Below are positions 23,668 to 33,945 of a DNA stretch of 47,304 nucleotides, piece by piece. The translations under genes and the position numbers were made by a program. This DNA is from a virus. Position 1 is the first letter of the stretch. Each line of letters opens with the position of its first letter. Under the pieces are notes generated by a model. The model did no database searches, had not been told where the DNA came from, and saw nothing but the letters and a program-made list of their open reading frames with translations. The stretch lies in IMG/VR virus record IMGVR_UViG_3300003666_000032; one strand, 5' to 3'.

Positions 23668-24411
23668 TTATTTATTTCGAAGCCATTTCCATGCTTCTTT
23701 TATTGATTTATAGGTTCCTTGCTTCACTCGTCTTTCCGCCCATGCCTTCTCTTCAGACGTAAAGTCTAAACCCTCTTCGGATATAGGCGCACCATCTGAA
23801 TTCTCAGTACCACGTTTAGATTGACGAATGTGTTCTTCTACTGCTTTTTTGCGCTCAATTTCTGCTATCTTTGAGCTATTCTGGCCACAAATAACATCGT
23901 AAGCAAGTTGAGCGTTTACATTTGGTGTTTGCTTTAAAAGCGTTTCAATATCTTTTTCAAATTCCTTGAAGTAAACATTTTTTTTGTTTGCTTCTAATTC
24001 TTTAAGTGATTCGCTTATGACTACCTTTCTAAAAGCAGGGTGAGAGTTTATAACTTCTTCGGTAGCCTTTTTAGGGTCTTCCTTGTATTGCTGTTGAAAT
24101 CTTTCATCCTCTTCCTGCCTATCTGCTTCTTCTAACTTTGCAAGATATCCGTCAACATCGTCACCCCAACCATTCAATTTAGCCGCTTTCCTTGTAGCCG
24201 CTTCAAATGTGTCGGCTTTACCCTTCACCTTGTCGTAGTTGTACCCTTTTTGAAGATACGTCTTTCTCTCGGATGCGGGTAATTTAACCGCTTCGCCGTT
24301 GTAGGTTATCTCGTCAAATTCCTCGGATGGTATATCCGTTGGTTCTGCCTCGTCTGTTGATGGTTTATCAACATTGTCTAAAATCTCGTTTTCTTGGATT
24401 GGTGTATCCAT
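23668..24411 (-). CDS. Scaffolding protein (probable)
   Basis: Acidic, helical and coiled-coil-rich, 247 aa, directly after the portal gene. Confidence 0.6.
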   Translation of the reverse strand: MDTPIQENEILDNVDKPSTDEAEPTDIPSEEFDEITYNGEAVKLPASERKTYLQKGYNYDKVKGKADTFEAATRKAAKLNGWGDDVDGYLAKLEEADRQEEDERFQQQYKEDPKKATEEVINSHPAFRKVVISESLKELEANKKNVYFKEFEKDIETLLKQTPNVNAQLAYDVICGQNSSKIAEIERKKAVEEHIRQSKRGTENSDGAPISEEGLDFTSEEKAWAERRVKQGTYKSIKEAWKWLRNK

Positions 24412-24529
24412 TGTTTACATCTCCTTTAATTTGTTTTTGTGCATAAAAAAAGCACCTATTACAGTGCGGAATTAGCTATTATATTTTAGGATGCATCAGC
24501 ACCACCCCCTTTCTTTTAGTGCAATAAAC

Positions 24530-26587
24530 TCACCTTGACATTTCTTCTTTAATCCTCAATTCCTTATCATGTGGACTCATAGACTGGAAATCTTCTCTCT
24601 CCTTATCCGTCATATTTGCCCACATATTTTGTATAATTTCGTCCTGTGAAGGAGTAACTTGGTTAATCATATCTTGCACGACTTGCTGTAGTTGTTCCGG
24701 TTGCATCTGCATCATTGACTGAATCATCTGTGATTGTTGTTCTGGTGGCATTTGTGATAATACCTGTTGTGCTTCTGGTGGCAATGATTGAACAAACTGT
24801 GCAATTAACTGATCTCCTTGTTGCTGTTGCTGCATTTGTTCCGCTTGTTGCTGTTGCTGCATCATTCTGTCAAGCGATTCTTGTTTGCCAGGGAATTCCG
24901 GTAAAAGTTTGTAAAAACCTTGTATATCAATTGTTTTTTGTTGCCATAAACTAAAGGCTATTTCCATTTGGTACGCTTTAGTCATTGCCAAAGCTGCTCC
25001 GACATCTACAGAGGTTTTAAAGTATAACCTTGATTCTTCTTTACCTTCTGTTACCTGTTCGCCTTGTATTGTCCGTGTTGGTGCTTTAGTAATAGATGAT
25101 GGATTAAAAGTGAATGATTCTACACCTCCGTCAGACGATGGCTTTGTATACTCTCTGTCTTCTGTAACAAACTCGCTTATATGTGCTATCATGATTTCAA
25201 CTAACTCTCTAAGACCATAATTGAGAGTATTAATATTATCGTTCTGCGGCTTTTGCGCTTGCTCCATTAATAAAGATGTTTGTCCAAGTGTCTTAATGCT
25301 TGGGGTATTTCTGCCCTGTGTGATATCCCACTGACCGCTTATTCTATCGCCATGTGTTAAAAATGCTTCTACGGCAGGTATAAGATCGTTCTGGTTTAAC
25401 CCAGGTATTCTCATAATATCTTGGGATGGTATACCTTTTGTGGTTATTATTAATCCTGCTTCTCCGGTTATCTTACTTGAGTCTTTTACAGCTCCGTTTC
25501 TTACTGCTATTTGTCCTTGACCGTTAAGCTTTTCATTAACAAGGTAGTCTTGAGTAAGCTTATTTATGATGTCTTGTATACCGTCTTTCTTTGATTTTCC
25601 CACATGAGATTGTAAGCATGATCGCCCATCTAATCTCTTATCTCGAAATATAAACGGTATATATACTAATGGGAATAATCCGTGCGCATAGAATCCATTA
25701 GTCTTGCTTTCCTCGTCTTTTGCCGAATCTTTCAATAATGCTTTCCCGGCTACCCATCTTACTTGTAGCTTACCGTTATCATCTTTGTAATAGTACTCAT
25801 GCAATTTAACCGTATCCCGATAACTAAAGTCTTGTGTTTTTGCAGTTCCTACAGCTTTTTGCATACCTGTTGACATATTACCCGAATTACCGGTTAATAT
25901 ATCACCATAAATTTCTGTGTCTGACATATCACTTTCGGGTTCTAAAATATCCTTCAACTCGTCTTTAGTGTATATACACATACCTGTTTTATCATTATCT
26001 TTACTGTACTTTTTAAGAATATGCCGCATTGATACAGGCTTAACAAAGTCTACATACTCACCCTTCTGTAATTTCCTTGGGTTAGTAACATTAGAATCAA
26101 TAAACACATTAGCAGGATGAACTACCTCAACATCTAAGTCACCACGACCATCATTCTTGCTTGGGTTCCATACACATTTTATAGCAACAGAACCTAACTT
26201 TGGTCTTATCCATTCAGCCTCGGACACTTCTAAATCCATGTCTAATTCATCCCAATAGGAATTTATTACATCGTTAAGCTTTTGGGCGTAATCATCGTAT
26301 AGAGGCTTTTTACACGTTATACTAATTGATGTCTTACCACTTGTCATATTAGCATGTATGGTTCTAAGCATTGACCAACATATATTTAACTGCGGTCTTG
26401 GCTTCCATTCATCCTTTGGTTGTGCTGTGTCCCATTGATCGTCTTCTATGTATTGGTCGTACTTCTGCCATATGTCAATAGGTTTCTTTTCTTTAGCCTC
26501 TTGAAAGGCTTCATATACTTCTTCCATGGCTTTGCGATCTTCTTCGGATACTAACTTATCTTTTACTTTATGGTCCAACTGTATCAC
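24530..26587 (-). CDS. Portal protein
   Basis: 685 aa, positioned after TerL. The C-terminal extension is Gln-rich. The start codon is GTG. Confidence 0.8.
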   Translation of the reverse strand: MIQLDHKVKDKLVSEEDRKAMEEVYEAFQEAKEKKPIDIWQKYDQYIEDDQWDTAQPKDEWKPRPQLNICWSMLRTIHANMTSGKTSISITCKKPLYDDYAQKLNDVINSYWDELDMDLEVSEAEWIRPKLGSVAIKCVWNPSKNDGRGDLDVEVVHPANVFIDSNVTNPRKLQKGEYVDFVKPVSMRHILKKYSKDNDKTGMCIYTKDELKDILEPESDMSDTEIYGDILTGNSGNMSTGMQKAVGTAKTQDFSYRDTVKLHEYYYKDDNGKLQVRWVAGKALLKDSAKDEESKTNGFYAHGLFPLVYIPFIFRDKRLDGRSCLQSHVGKSKKDGIQDIINKLTQDYLVNEKLNGQGQIAVRNGAVKDSSKITGEAGLIITTKGIPSQDIMRIPGLNQNDLIPAVEAFLTHGDRISGQWDITQGRNTPSIKTLGQTSLLMEQAQKPQNDNINTLNYGLRELVEIMIAHISEFVTEDREYTKPSSDGGVESFTFNPSSITKAPTRTIQGEQVTEGKEESRLYFKTSVDVGAALAMTKAYQMEIAFSLWQQKTIDIQGFYKLLPEFPGKQESLDRMMQQQQQAEQMQQQQQGDQLIAQFVQSLPPEAQQVLSQMPPEQQSQMIQSMMQMQPEQLQQVVQDMINQVTPSQDEIIQNMWANMTDKEREDFQSMSPHDKELRIKEEMSR

Positions 26588-26591
26588 CTGC

Positions 26592-26915
26592 CTATTCGTA
26601 AATTACCATACCTGTATTATCCTTAATGAATATCCTGTGTTCTCTCTCGGCACAACAATGTCCTATTCCCGATAGCCTCGATTCACTGTTTACGTTGTAC
26701 TCTTTGAATAATGCCATTGCCCGTGTTGCTCTGTCTTGACTATCTGTATCCGGACTTTCGTATTGTGATAACCGCTGAACTTTCCATCTATAATACTTTC
26801 CACACTTTTTGCACTGGCCTTCGTTAATCAATTCTTCTTTCTTCGCATGACGGGTTATAATCTGCGGCTTCTGGACTATATAAAACTTTTTCTGTGCTAT
26901 AAGAAAGTCGCTCAT
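26592..26915 (-). CDS. Hypothetical Cys-containing protein (107 aa)
   Basis: ATG 26915 overlaps the upstream stop (ATGA). It contains CKKCGK...HCC. Confidence 0.55.
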   Translation of the reverse strand: MSDFLIAQKKFYIVQKPQIITRHAKKEELINEGQCKKCGKYYRWKVQRLSQYESPDTDSQDRATRAMALFKEYNVNSESRLSGIGHCCAEREHRIFIKDNTGMVIYE

Positions 26916-27106
26916 ACTTTCACCATCACTTTCTTTGATTTCTGTTCCTGTTCCCAAGGGCTTATTATATCGGGAAGCTCTGGTTCTTTATCCATAAACA
27001 TTACAGGGTTTTTATGCTGATATGATTTGTATGTAACCCATGAACCCAACAAAAAAGCCGCCAATAAACTGACGGCAAACACTATCATTGTAATTATATC
27101 TACCAT
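26912..27106 (-). CDS. Small membrane protein (64 aa)
   Basis: ATG 27106 lies 9 nt after GGGAGGA. One TM helix (IITMIVFAVSLLAAFLLGSWV). Confidence 0.5.
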   Translation of the reverse strand: MVDIITMIVFAVSLLAAFLLGSWVTYKSYQHKNPVMFMDKEPELPDIISPWEQEQKSKKVMVKV

Positions 27107-28932
27107 TCCGTATCTTCCTCCCATTCTTTCTTCTGTCTATCTTCTACCATAGACGGATGAACAAATGTACCATTAACCCATCCTGTACGCTCCCTTTCTC
27201 CTCCCGGAACCATTGGAACAGGCATTGGATTATATAACGATTCTTGTTGACTTGAACACTCATTGCATATCATATCAGAGAATAATAAATCGTCATGTTT
27301 ACCGCTCATTGCATCAGGTCTTCCGTCTTTATCTTTTACAAACGTTATACACTCTTGAAGCATTGGCATGTCTGTAAATAAGTCTATATTGTCCCTAAGT
27401 AATGTTAATTGTTTTGAGATAATTAGAGGCCTTGTGTTTCCGTCTGTCTTCCACCCATACTTCTTTTGATACTCATTTGTCATACTGTCGAAATGTTGTC
27501 GCATGTATTGGTTAGCATATCCCAACCGCTCCAATTCTTTGATTGGGTATATGTCAAAGTTTACTTCGATACCTATTAGAGCATCATTATAATACTTGCC
27601 TAAACAATACATTTGATGAGTATATTCATCAGGTGACATGTCGGAGTGTAATGTACAGCACCTTTTACCTGTATTATTGTTTTTGACTGTACCTGCAAAA
27701 AAATCTGAACCGTCACCTTTTGTGTCGCCACCAATTACATAAGGTACACCTGGAAGCACATCTTCATATATTGTAATACTTCCAGATTTTGAAGGAATAA
27801 ACTTGATTGTTGAATTAACTATCTTATCTTTGTATACTGCATTGTGCCACTCAAATATAAAATAGCCTTTCTTCGGTGGTTTCTTCTCATACTCTTTTCT
27901 TAAAAATTCAATCCTACGCATTATTATTTCTGTATTAAATACAGGCGATCCACTGAACACAAATGCTTCTTCCGGAAATGTTGGATTTTCCTGTTTCATT
28001 AAGTTTTCATCACCGTGGCAATCGTTTTCTAGCATCCACCTATACCACTTTATTTGTTCCGCTGTTATATCATAAAGTTTAACTATCTCAGTTTCATACT
28101 CATTAAGGCTTGACATTATTTCTTTGCGTTCTAGTTCAGTTACTTCCATCCTGTAATCTTCGTACTCGTGCCATGGAAAGAACATTGGAACCCATTGTGT
28201 TTTGCCTGTCATTGCACTATCCCACAAAGTCTTGAAGTCATTAAATCCCTGCGCCGTACTCTCTATGATAACTATTGATTCTGTTATCTTTGGAACTGCT
28301 TGTAATATACCTGTTAGCTGATTTAATGGTCCTTGACCTTCTGCACCTTTCCAGTATGCAAACTCTGATAGATGAACATGAGTGTAAGTATCTCCACGGC
28401 CTATATTTGTCTTTCCTGCAACCTGTACACTTATCTTACTGTTTAATCCTTCTTCTTCTCCTTTGTATCCTGTTGGCTTATCAAATATAATTTCTTTTGC
28501 GTTTGATGCTCTTTGAAGAGGTCTTATATTATCAGGCAGCTTTGTAACCATATACTTTGCTTTTTCAAATATAGCGTTTGTTGCCTTATCATCATCAGCA
28601 ACAATAAGAGCATTAGTATTCTTATGTTGTGTAGTATTCCACACCATACGCCCTTGTTCGTTTGTGCTGACTCCCTGCTGTCTTGCTTTTGCTATAATTA
28701 TGCGAACCGGTTTACCTTGATCTTGAAGCTCCTTAACTTTTGCATTTATTTTATTTTGTATGCTATTGTGTTTGAAAGGTACTGTATCTGTATCCTTGTT
28801 AACTATCTTTATATACTTCTCAGCAAATAAATCATAATCACCCTTTGCCCTCTTCTCCTCTTCCTCCTGCTTCCTTTTCTCCATCTCCACTTCGAGCCTA
28901 TACCGGAGTTGTAGTTCTGCTTTTATATCCAT
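27100..28932 (-). CDS. terL: Terminase large subunit
   Basis: About 610 aa with a Walker-A-like KARQQGVST, an ATPase core and C-terminal nuclease acidic residues (GGDTKGDGSD). It lies upstream of the portal gene. The start is ATG 28932. Confidence 0.88.
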   Translation of the reverse strand: MDIKAELQLRYRLEVEMEKRKQEEEEKRAKGDYDLFAEKYIKIVNKDTDTVPFKHNSIQNKINAKVKELQDQGKPVRIIIAKARQQGVSTNEQGRMVWNTTQHKNTNALIVADDDKATNAIFEKAKYMVTKLPDNIRPLQRASNAKEIIFDKPTGYKGEEEGLNSKISVQVAGKTNIGRGDTYTHVHLSEFAYWKGAEGQGPLNQLTGILQAVPKITESIVIIESTAQGFNDFKTLWDSAMTGKTQWVPMFFPWHEYEDYRMEVTELERKEIMSSLNEYETEIVKLYDITAEQIKWYRWMLENDCHGDENLMKQENPTFPEEAFVFSGSPVFNTEIIMRRIEFLRKEYEKKPPKKGYFIFEWHNAVYKDKIVNSTIKFIPSKSGSITIYEDVLPGVPYVIGGDTKGDGSDFFAGTVKNNNTGKRCCTLHSDMSPDEYTHQMYCLGKYYNDALIGIEVNFDIYPIKELERLGYANQYMRQHFDSMTNEYQKKYGWKTDGNTRPLIISKQLTLLRDNIDLFTDMPMLQECITFVKDKDGRPDAMSGKHDDLLFSDMICNECSSQQESLYNPMPVPMVPGGERERTGWVNGTFVHPSMVEDRQKKEWEEDTEW

Positions 28933-29001
28933 AATCTCACCTACATATACCTCCTTGTATAAACTTAATAAGCAGCCCATTAGGCTGCCGATAAATCTAC
29001 A

Positions 29002-29265
29002 CTAACATTTTGCATTCTCAATCTCAGCCCGTTCCTCTAAATACGATAAATAAAGCTTCATAGCCTTTAACTGACCGTTTAGCAAATCGTAACTGCATGA
29101 GGGTGTAAAATTAAGTGTGCCTGCCTTATATTTTTCAAGCATTACACTTAACCCTTCGATCCTAATTTCCAACTGCAACTGTTCTGCCTTACATCTTTCT
29201 TTGTAATCTGCGCTACTCATCATTTCTGCTGTGTCACTTAAGGTTATTTTACATTCACCATCCAT
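29002..29265 (-). CDS. Hypothetical protein (87 aa) conserved next to terminase genes
   Basis: The SADYKERCKAEQLQLEIRIEGL...LNFTPSC pattern, with CAGGAGG SD. Confidence 0.6.
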   Translation of the reverse strand: MDGECKITLSDTAEMMSSADYKERCKAEQLQLEIRIEGLSVMLEKYKAGTLNFTPSCSYDLLNGQLKAMKLYLSYLEERAEIENAKC

Positions 29266-29404
29266 CTTCTTTCCTCCTGTACATTTATTTTTGATATAAA
29301 AAAAGAGCCTCAGCCCTAATTTCCAGTTGATTTATTTATTTCTCTGATACTCGCCCGGTGGAGCAATGTCATTCGATGCGATTATATAGCTATTCTTATT
29401 TATG

Positions 29405-29926
29405 TTATTTATTCCCATTACTGGATATCATCTTGTTGTATGTCTCAATTAAACTCCCTTTAGGAGCATTACTAAGCTGTTCCAGTTGATCCGGTGTGAG
29501 CTTGTTTAGGTCTATGTCTATGTTAGTCATGATACCGCTAATCGTTGTATCAACCTCCTGCTTATCTCTCCATCCGCGAAAATTGTTTATAAGATTGAAT
29601 TTAGCGCCGTTTACACCGTCTTTATCATAGAGCCGTGATTCTGCATATTCTTCGATTTCCATCTTCGCACGTGTAATGGTGTCCACAAATTCTTCCTTTT
29701 CTGCATAATTCAATAAACTTTGCCGGCTATTAAATCCTAGTGCTAATGCCAATCCAGTAACGGTTGGAGGCTTTTGACCAATAATAACAGGTTGACCATA
29801 CTTATTATATATAACTTCATCGTCTTTATCTTTTAATACAGTCCCTTCACAGCTTTTAAAGTATTTATCTATTATTTTCTGCATGTCTTTCGCAGTAGTA
29901 AATGCTGGCGGTCTTCCTGCTGGCAT
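29405..29926 (-). CDS. terS: Terminase small subunit
   Basis: The N-terminus is MPAGRPPAFTTAKDMQKIIDKYF, followed by PPTVTGLALALGFNSRQSLLNY (HTH), which is typical of TerS. Confidence 0.8.
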   Translation of the reverse strand: MPAGRPPAFTTAKDMQKIIDKYFKSCEGTVLKDKDDEVIYNKYGQPVIIGQKPPTVTGLALALGFNSRQSLLNYAEKEEFVDTITRAKMEIEEYAESRLYDKDGVNGAKFNLINNFRGWRDKQEVDTTISGIMTNIDIDLNKLTPDQLEQLSNAPKGSLIETYNKMISSNGNK

Positions 29927-29992
29927 ATATACTCACCTCCTCAAATTTGAGCAATAAAAAAGAGACCTTGTGGTCTCTGTAATACTTAAACT

Positions 29993-30187
29993 CTATGCGC
30001 TTTTAGCTTGATCGTGAAACTTCTTTGCTTTTTCATGACTTTCGAATACGTCTATATACTCATCATATTTCTTAGAGTGATTTGTGTAGCTTCTGCCTAC
30101 ATCATAATCTTCATTGTCTTCTACTTTTGATAGCGTAGAAGTAACTTTCCCATTATCCCAAAATCTCTGTACTACTTTGTATTTCAT
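29993..30187 (-). CDS. Hypothetical protein (64 aa)
   Basis: ORF with AAAGGGGGA SD. Confidence 0.55.
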   Translation of the reverse strand: MKYKVVQRFWDNGKVTSTLSKVEDNEDYDVGRSYTNHSKKYDEYIDVFESHEKAKKFHDQAKSA

Positions 30188-30276
30188 TTCACTTATCCCC
30201 CTTTATTCTCTTATACTCAGCCTCTATCAGCATCTTAAGTGCTGATGTATTATTGTTTGTTGCTGTACCAAAGTCT

Positions 30277-30468
30277 CTATATTATTACAAATCCGTCCTT
30301 GTCTATCTTCTTGAGACGCTTATATTCGTCTCTTATCCAATTTTGGACCTGGCGGCTCATGCTTGTATTATACTGTTCACTAATGTATTTCAGCTTTTCT
30401 ATGTCACTTTGTAAGAGCTTCAAGCCCGGGGTTACCGGGCTGTCATTAGCTTTTTTGAATCGGGGCAT
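30277..30468 (-). CDS. Hypothetical small DNA-binding-like protein (63 aa)
   Basis: ORF with GGGGGG SD. The protein is basic. Confidence 0.55.
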   Translation of the reverse strand: MPRFKKANDSPVTPGLKLLQSDIEKLKYISEQYNTSMSRQVQNWIRDEYKRLKKIDKDGFVII

Positions 30469-30480
30469 ATCACCGCCCCC

Positions 30481-31059
30481 CTATTCGCCTAAATTGAAGT
30501 GCTTGTTGAATTCATCAAAGCTGTTAAACTTCTGTGTTGTATATACATATCCGCAATGTCCATCAGCTTGTATTTCAGACAGCCCTTCATAGTTGCACAT
30601 GATCTTTTCTCTTATTTCTGTAATAAGTTCGTCAATTTCTGAATCCTCTGCGTCTTCGCCCAGTACTCTTTGAGCTAAATCTCTAAAGTAGTATGTGCAA
30701 TCGCTGTCGTCTATGTAGCCGACTCTTGCTATTTCTGCTTCAATTTCTTTCTTTGCAGTGTCTAGGTTACTTACTTTTGCTGATTCAATCATTTGTTTGT
30801 CAACTTTCTCGTAGAAGAAATAAAGAACTCTTTCAATCTTCCTTTCAATTACTGACAAACCGCTTAATTCTGTTTCTATGTTGTCTATAGAACTTTTTGC
30901 AGTATAGTGAGTAACATCTCCATCTCCCATAAGTGCTACTAATGTGCCGTTCTCTTTAATGCTGTACGAATAATTTTCACCAGTTGATGCAGTTACTATC
31001 TCTTCCCAAGTCTTTAGCCCTTTTGCATAATCAAGTAATTTTTGCATTGCTTCTTTCAT
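30481..31059 (-). CDS. Hypothetical protein (192 aa)
   Basis: Start chosen at ATG 31059, after AAAGGGGA. The ORF extends to 31152. Confidence 0.55.
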   Translation of the reverse strand: MKEAMQKLLDYAKGLKTWEEIVTASTGENYSYSIKENGTLVALMGDGDVTHYTAKSSIDNIETELSGLSVIERKIERVLYFFYEKVDKQMIESAKVSNLDTAKKEIEAEIARVGYIDDSDCTYYFRDLAQRVLGEDAEDSEIDELITEIREKIMCNYEGLSEIQADGHCGYVYTTQKFNSFDEFNKHFNLGE

Positions 31060-31411
31060 AATCAATTTCCCCTTTACTCGTCGTGCTTTCGCCTCCCGAC
31101 ATTTACAATTATACGTAATTGCTACGTAACATTCAAACGTCATTTTAGACAATTTAAGTTGATTATGATTATTTATCTTAGCTTATCTTTTTGTTAATCG
31201 CTAATTCTCACGTTTTCGTTAATTTTCTATCTTTTTGAAACTTATCTATATAAATGTTGCACAGTAGCTTAGTGATCGTGGTGACTATCTACTGTGATCT
31301 TGCAAAATATATAGCCCCCATTTCTGAGAGCCCAAAGGAGGTATGAACATCAAATAATCAATTAAAAAGTTAAAAGGGGAAATATCAGAAACATCTGACA
31401 TCTTAATTATA

Positions 31412-31909
31412 TCACCCCACATTGTCAAGGGGAATGTCGGCTACGTGTCGTTTATGTGTCGTTTTTGTACTTTGCATATGCTTAAGCTGTATTTTTAGAA
31501 TGATATCGCAGTCAATATGTTTGCACCTTTCTTCACTTTTGTGTACTCTATCGCCTATTTCTACCCAGTTATATTTTGCTCTTCCGATCGGTATTTCTAA
31601 GTATCTCCATCTTATTATTTCTTTTTGGTCTTCGGGGATATAAAATATAATTGAGTTTATAGATAATAGTAACCTCATTTTGTGGTCTAATTCGTCCTCC
31701 AGCCTCTCCATATATTCTACCCTTGTTAATGCCATAAGTTCCGTTTTAGATGTATTACTATGGTGTATAGGCATATCTGTTATTACTTGTGCCTTAATAC
31801 CTGATATATCCATCCTTCTGTACTGGTCTAATGCTTCCTGTAGGTTCTTAACCTCTACTTTTAAGTTATCATAGTTGTGTAAGTAAAATCTTATTTCATT
31901 TGTATTCAT
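31412..31909 (-). CDS. ArpU/RinA-like late transcriptional activator (sigma region-4-like)
   Basis: QKEIIRWRYLE...WVEIGDRV resembles the phage late activator/DUF1492 families. It is the last gene before the packaging module. The start is ATG 31909, after AGGTGGTAGGTG. Confidence 0.55.
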   Translation of the reverse strand: MNTNEIRFYLHNYDNLKVEVKNLQEALDQYRRMDISGIKAQVITDMPIHHSNTSKTELMALTRVEYMERLEDELDHKMRLLLSINSIIFYIPEDQKEIIRWRYLEIPIGRAKYNWVEIGDRVHKSEERCKHIDCDIILKIQLKHMQSTKTTHKRHVADIPLDNVG

Positions 31910-31939
31910 AAACACACCTACCACCTTTCTCAAATGGCT

Positions 31940-32269
31940 CTATCTCCCGTTTCGAACGGCGTTTATATCGCCCTCTATTACATCTAATTCCTTCTTTTTC
32001 AGGTATATATATTGTTGTGCTGACTCATATAGCGTTTCTGCATAGTCCCTGATAAACTTAAGTTGTGCTATTTCCTCTTTTCCTCTCGCAAGATCAGACA
32101 ATATCGTTGCTGGCTTCTTATCATCCCGGAGTATTAACATTTCTTTTGCTAATTCAACCCGGTATTTCCGTTCCGCTTCCGCCTTATCTTTGCCCCGACT
32201 TTTGAAATTTGTTACACCTTCGTTTAAATCTTTTATGATCTCCCATCTTTTATTTAAGAGGTCTTGCAT
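31940..32269 (-). CDS. Hypothetical coiled-coil protein (109 aa)
   Basis: The ORF start overlaps the upstream stop (TAATG). Confidence 0.55.
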   Translation of the reverse strand: MQDLLNKRWEIIKDLNEGVTNFKSRGKDKAEAERKYRVELAKEMLILRDDKKPATILSDLARGKEEIAQLKFIRDYAETLYESAQQYIYLKKKELDVIEGDINAVRNGR

Positions 32270-32379
32270 TACTTAATCCACCCCTTTCCCCTTGCTATAT
32301 CTTGTAGCAAATTGTATATAGCACATAGAGCGCAGAATATTGCTATATCTATGACTAAATGTGCTATATTGTACGCCAT
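32269..32379 (-). CDS. Possible 36-aa membrane peptide
   Basis: MAYNIAHLVIDIAIFCALCAIYNLLQDIARGKGWIK. It is linked by TAATG overlaps at both ends. Confidence 0.3.
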   Translation of the reverse strand: MAYNIAHLVIDIAIFCALCAIYNLLQDIARGKGWIK

Positions 32380-32867
32380 TATACAGCCCCCTTAATGTAT
32401 TTGTCATAGTATGTTACGCCTACAGCGTATGCTTGCCAAACATCATCAGCAAACCCATAAAACCATCCTGGGCTTTTTTTCTTACCTTTTCCTTTGTTTG
32501 GAATTCCTAGTGCAAACCTATCTACAAGGGCTTGAGTTATATTGCTATCTTTTGCTTTCATGCTGCCACAAAGGTTCATTTTTTCATCTTTTCGGTATAC
32601 TAAAGATGTGTACCCATCACCGAACAACTCATAGAATCTTCCGATCCAAACGCAAGTGTCAAACACTTCCTTACCTACTGCCATTCCATAAGATGCTATC
32701 ATTTCAATTGCTACATGTATATCAGGATGATGCTTCATAAACAATCTTCTTGTTTCGACTCTTACATTTTGATTACAAAACTTTCCAAATTCTACAGGTT
32801 TTAAATCTTTGTCTATTAAAACATAAGCGGATTCAACAGGACCTGGGTCAATTGATAATATAAACAT
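32379..32867 (-). CDS. RuvC-like Holliday junction resolvase
   Basis: MFILSIDPGPVESAYVLID and VAIEMIASYG carry the catalytic Asp/Glu pattern of phage RuvC-like resolvases. Confidence 0.7.
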   Translation of the reverse strand: MFILSIDPGPVESAYVLIDKDLKPVEFGKFCNQNVRVETRRLFMKHHPDIHVAIEMIASYGMAVGKEVFDTCVWIGRFYELFGDGYTSLVYRKDEKMNLCGSMKAKDSNITQALVDRFALGIPNKGKGKKKSPGWFYGFADDVWQAYAVGVTYYDKYIKGAV

Positions 32868-33335
32868 TTATGCCACCCCCAGCCATCTAGCTATATGATA
32901 CAGTGACGTACTATAAGCCATATCTCCTACCATATCGCCTGATATTAGTTTCAAAAACCCTTTTATATGCTGCCTGTATAATTCGTCCATACTTATATCT
33001 AATTTCCCTGACACCATATTTAAAGGGTATATTGTGTAAGGCTTAAATAATGTATCTATACGCTGTCTTAATATCTTATCTGCTTGTTTCAAAAATTCCG
33101 TATTATCGTGATTATGACACCTGTCACCTACGCCCAAGCAGTTTATTTGTATGCCTAATCCCCTGCCGCCGCCCATACCCTTCTCTGTTATGTGGTGATA
33201 CTGGGTTATAGGCTCGCTGTGGCATATACGGCATATACCTTTTGCATCTTCATACTCAGCTTTCTTTACTTTTGCAGAGAAATCATGGACCGCTTTTCTG
33301 CTATGCTTTTTATATTCAGGTTTAGGGTATTGCAT
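32868..33335 (-). CDS. Zinc-binding/HNH-like protein (155 aa)
   Basis: CRICHSEPITQYHHI...GDRCHNHDN. The start is ATG 33335, after GGAGGTG. Confidence 0.5.
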   Translation of the reverse strand: MQYPKPEYKKHSRKAVHDFSAKVKKAEYEDAKGICRICHSEPITQYHHITEKGMGGGRGLGIQINCLGVGDRCHNHDNTEFLKQADKILRQRIDTLFKPYTIYPLNMVSGKLDISMDELYRQHIKGFLKLISGDMVGDMAYSTSLYHIARWLGVA

Positions 33336-33348
33336 ATACTTACACCTC

Positions 33349-33615
33349 CTACCATGCTGAAAACTCAGGTAAATTATTGAATTTTGCTTCTTCCATTTCT
33401 TCACATTTTATTTCTAATTTAGCTCTTTCAATACGTAGTAAGAATGTTTCTCCGATATTTAAATCCTCTATTTCCTTATTAAATTCTTCTTTCGGAAGAA
33501 CTCTTCCAACAAAATCCGCACATTCTATCACAGTTTCATAATCGTGGTAAAATCCTTCTATTTCGTTATCCGTCCAACCTCTTATATCATCCAAATATAT
33601 TGTATATACTTTCAT
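33349..33615 (-). CDS. Hypothetical acidic protein (88 aa)
   Basis: ORF with GGAGGTG SD. Confidence 0.6.
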   Translation of the reverse strand: MKVYTIYLDDIRGWTDNEIEGFYHDYETVIECADFVGRVLPKEEFNKEIEDLNIGETFLLRIERAKLEIKCEEMEEAKFNNLPEFSAW

Positions 33616-33617
33616 AA

Positions 33618-33905
33618 TTACACCTCCTTATACTCTGGGCATATCTTAGGGCAATTTTTAAGTTGTAGTTCGTGTCTCTTTACAACTTTTTCATATGGTT
33701 TGTAGTATTGTGATTCTATTTTTATCATTTTCATATCTCTATCCATAGTGCATAACGTATTACAATTGTATGGTATCTTTTCACATTCCTTTTTGTGTTC
33801 TGCTTCTGTCTCTTCTATCAATTTTGAAATCTCTTCGAACTCATCATAACCAAAATGTTTATATAGTTCGCTTACTTTTTCGCTAAGCTTATCAAATATA
33901 CTCAT
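33618..33905 (-). CDS. Hypothetical protein (95 aa)
   Basis: ATG 33905 lies 8 nt after GGAGG. Confidence 0.55.
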   Translation of the reverse strand: MSIFDKLSEKVSELYKHFGYDEFEEISKLIEETEAEHKKECEKIPYNCNTLCTMDRDMKMIKIESQYYKPYEKVVKRHELQLKNCPKICPEYKEV

Positions 33906-33945
33906 TACATTACCTCCATTTACTTTTATATTCACTTAATTACAC

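Noticed and set aside
24440-24470. A possible terminator after the portal gene (gcacctattacagtgc plus an A/T run).
   Set aside because: The stem is only 4 bp with internal mismatches, which is too weak to support.
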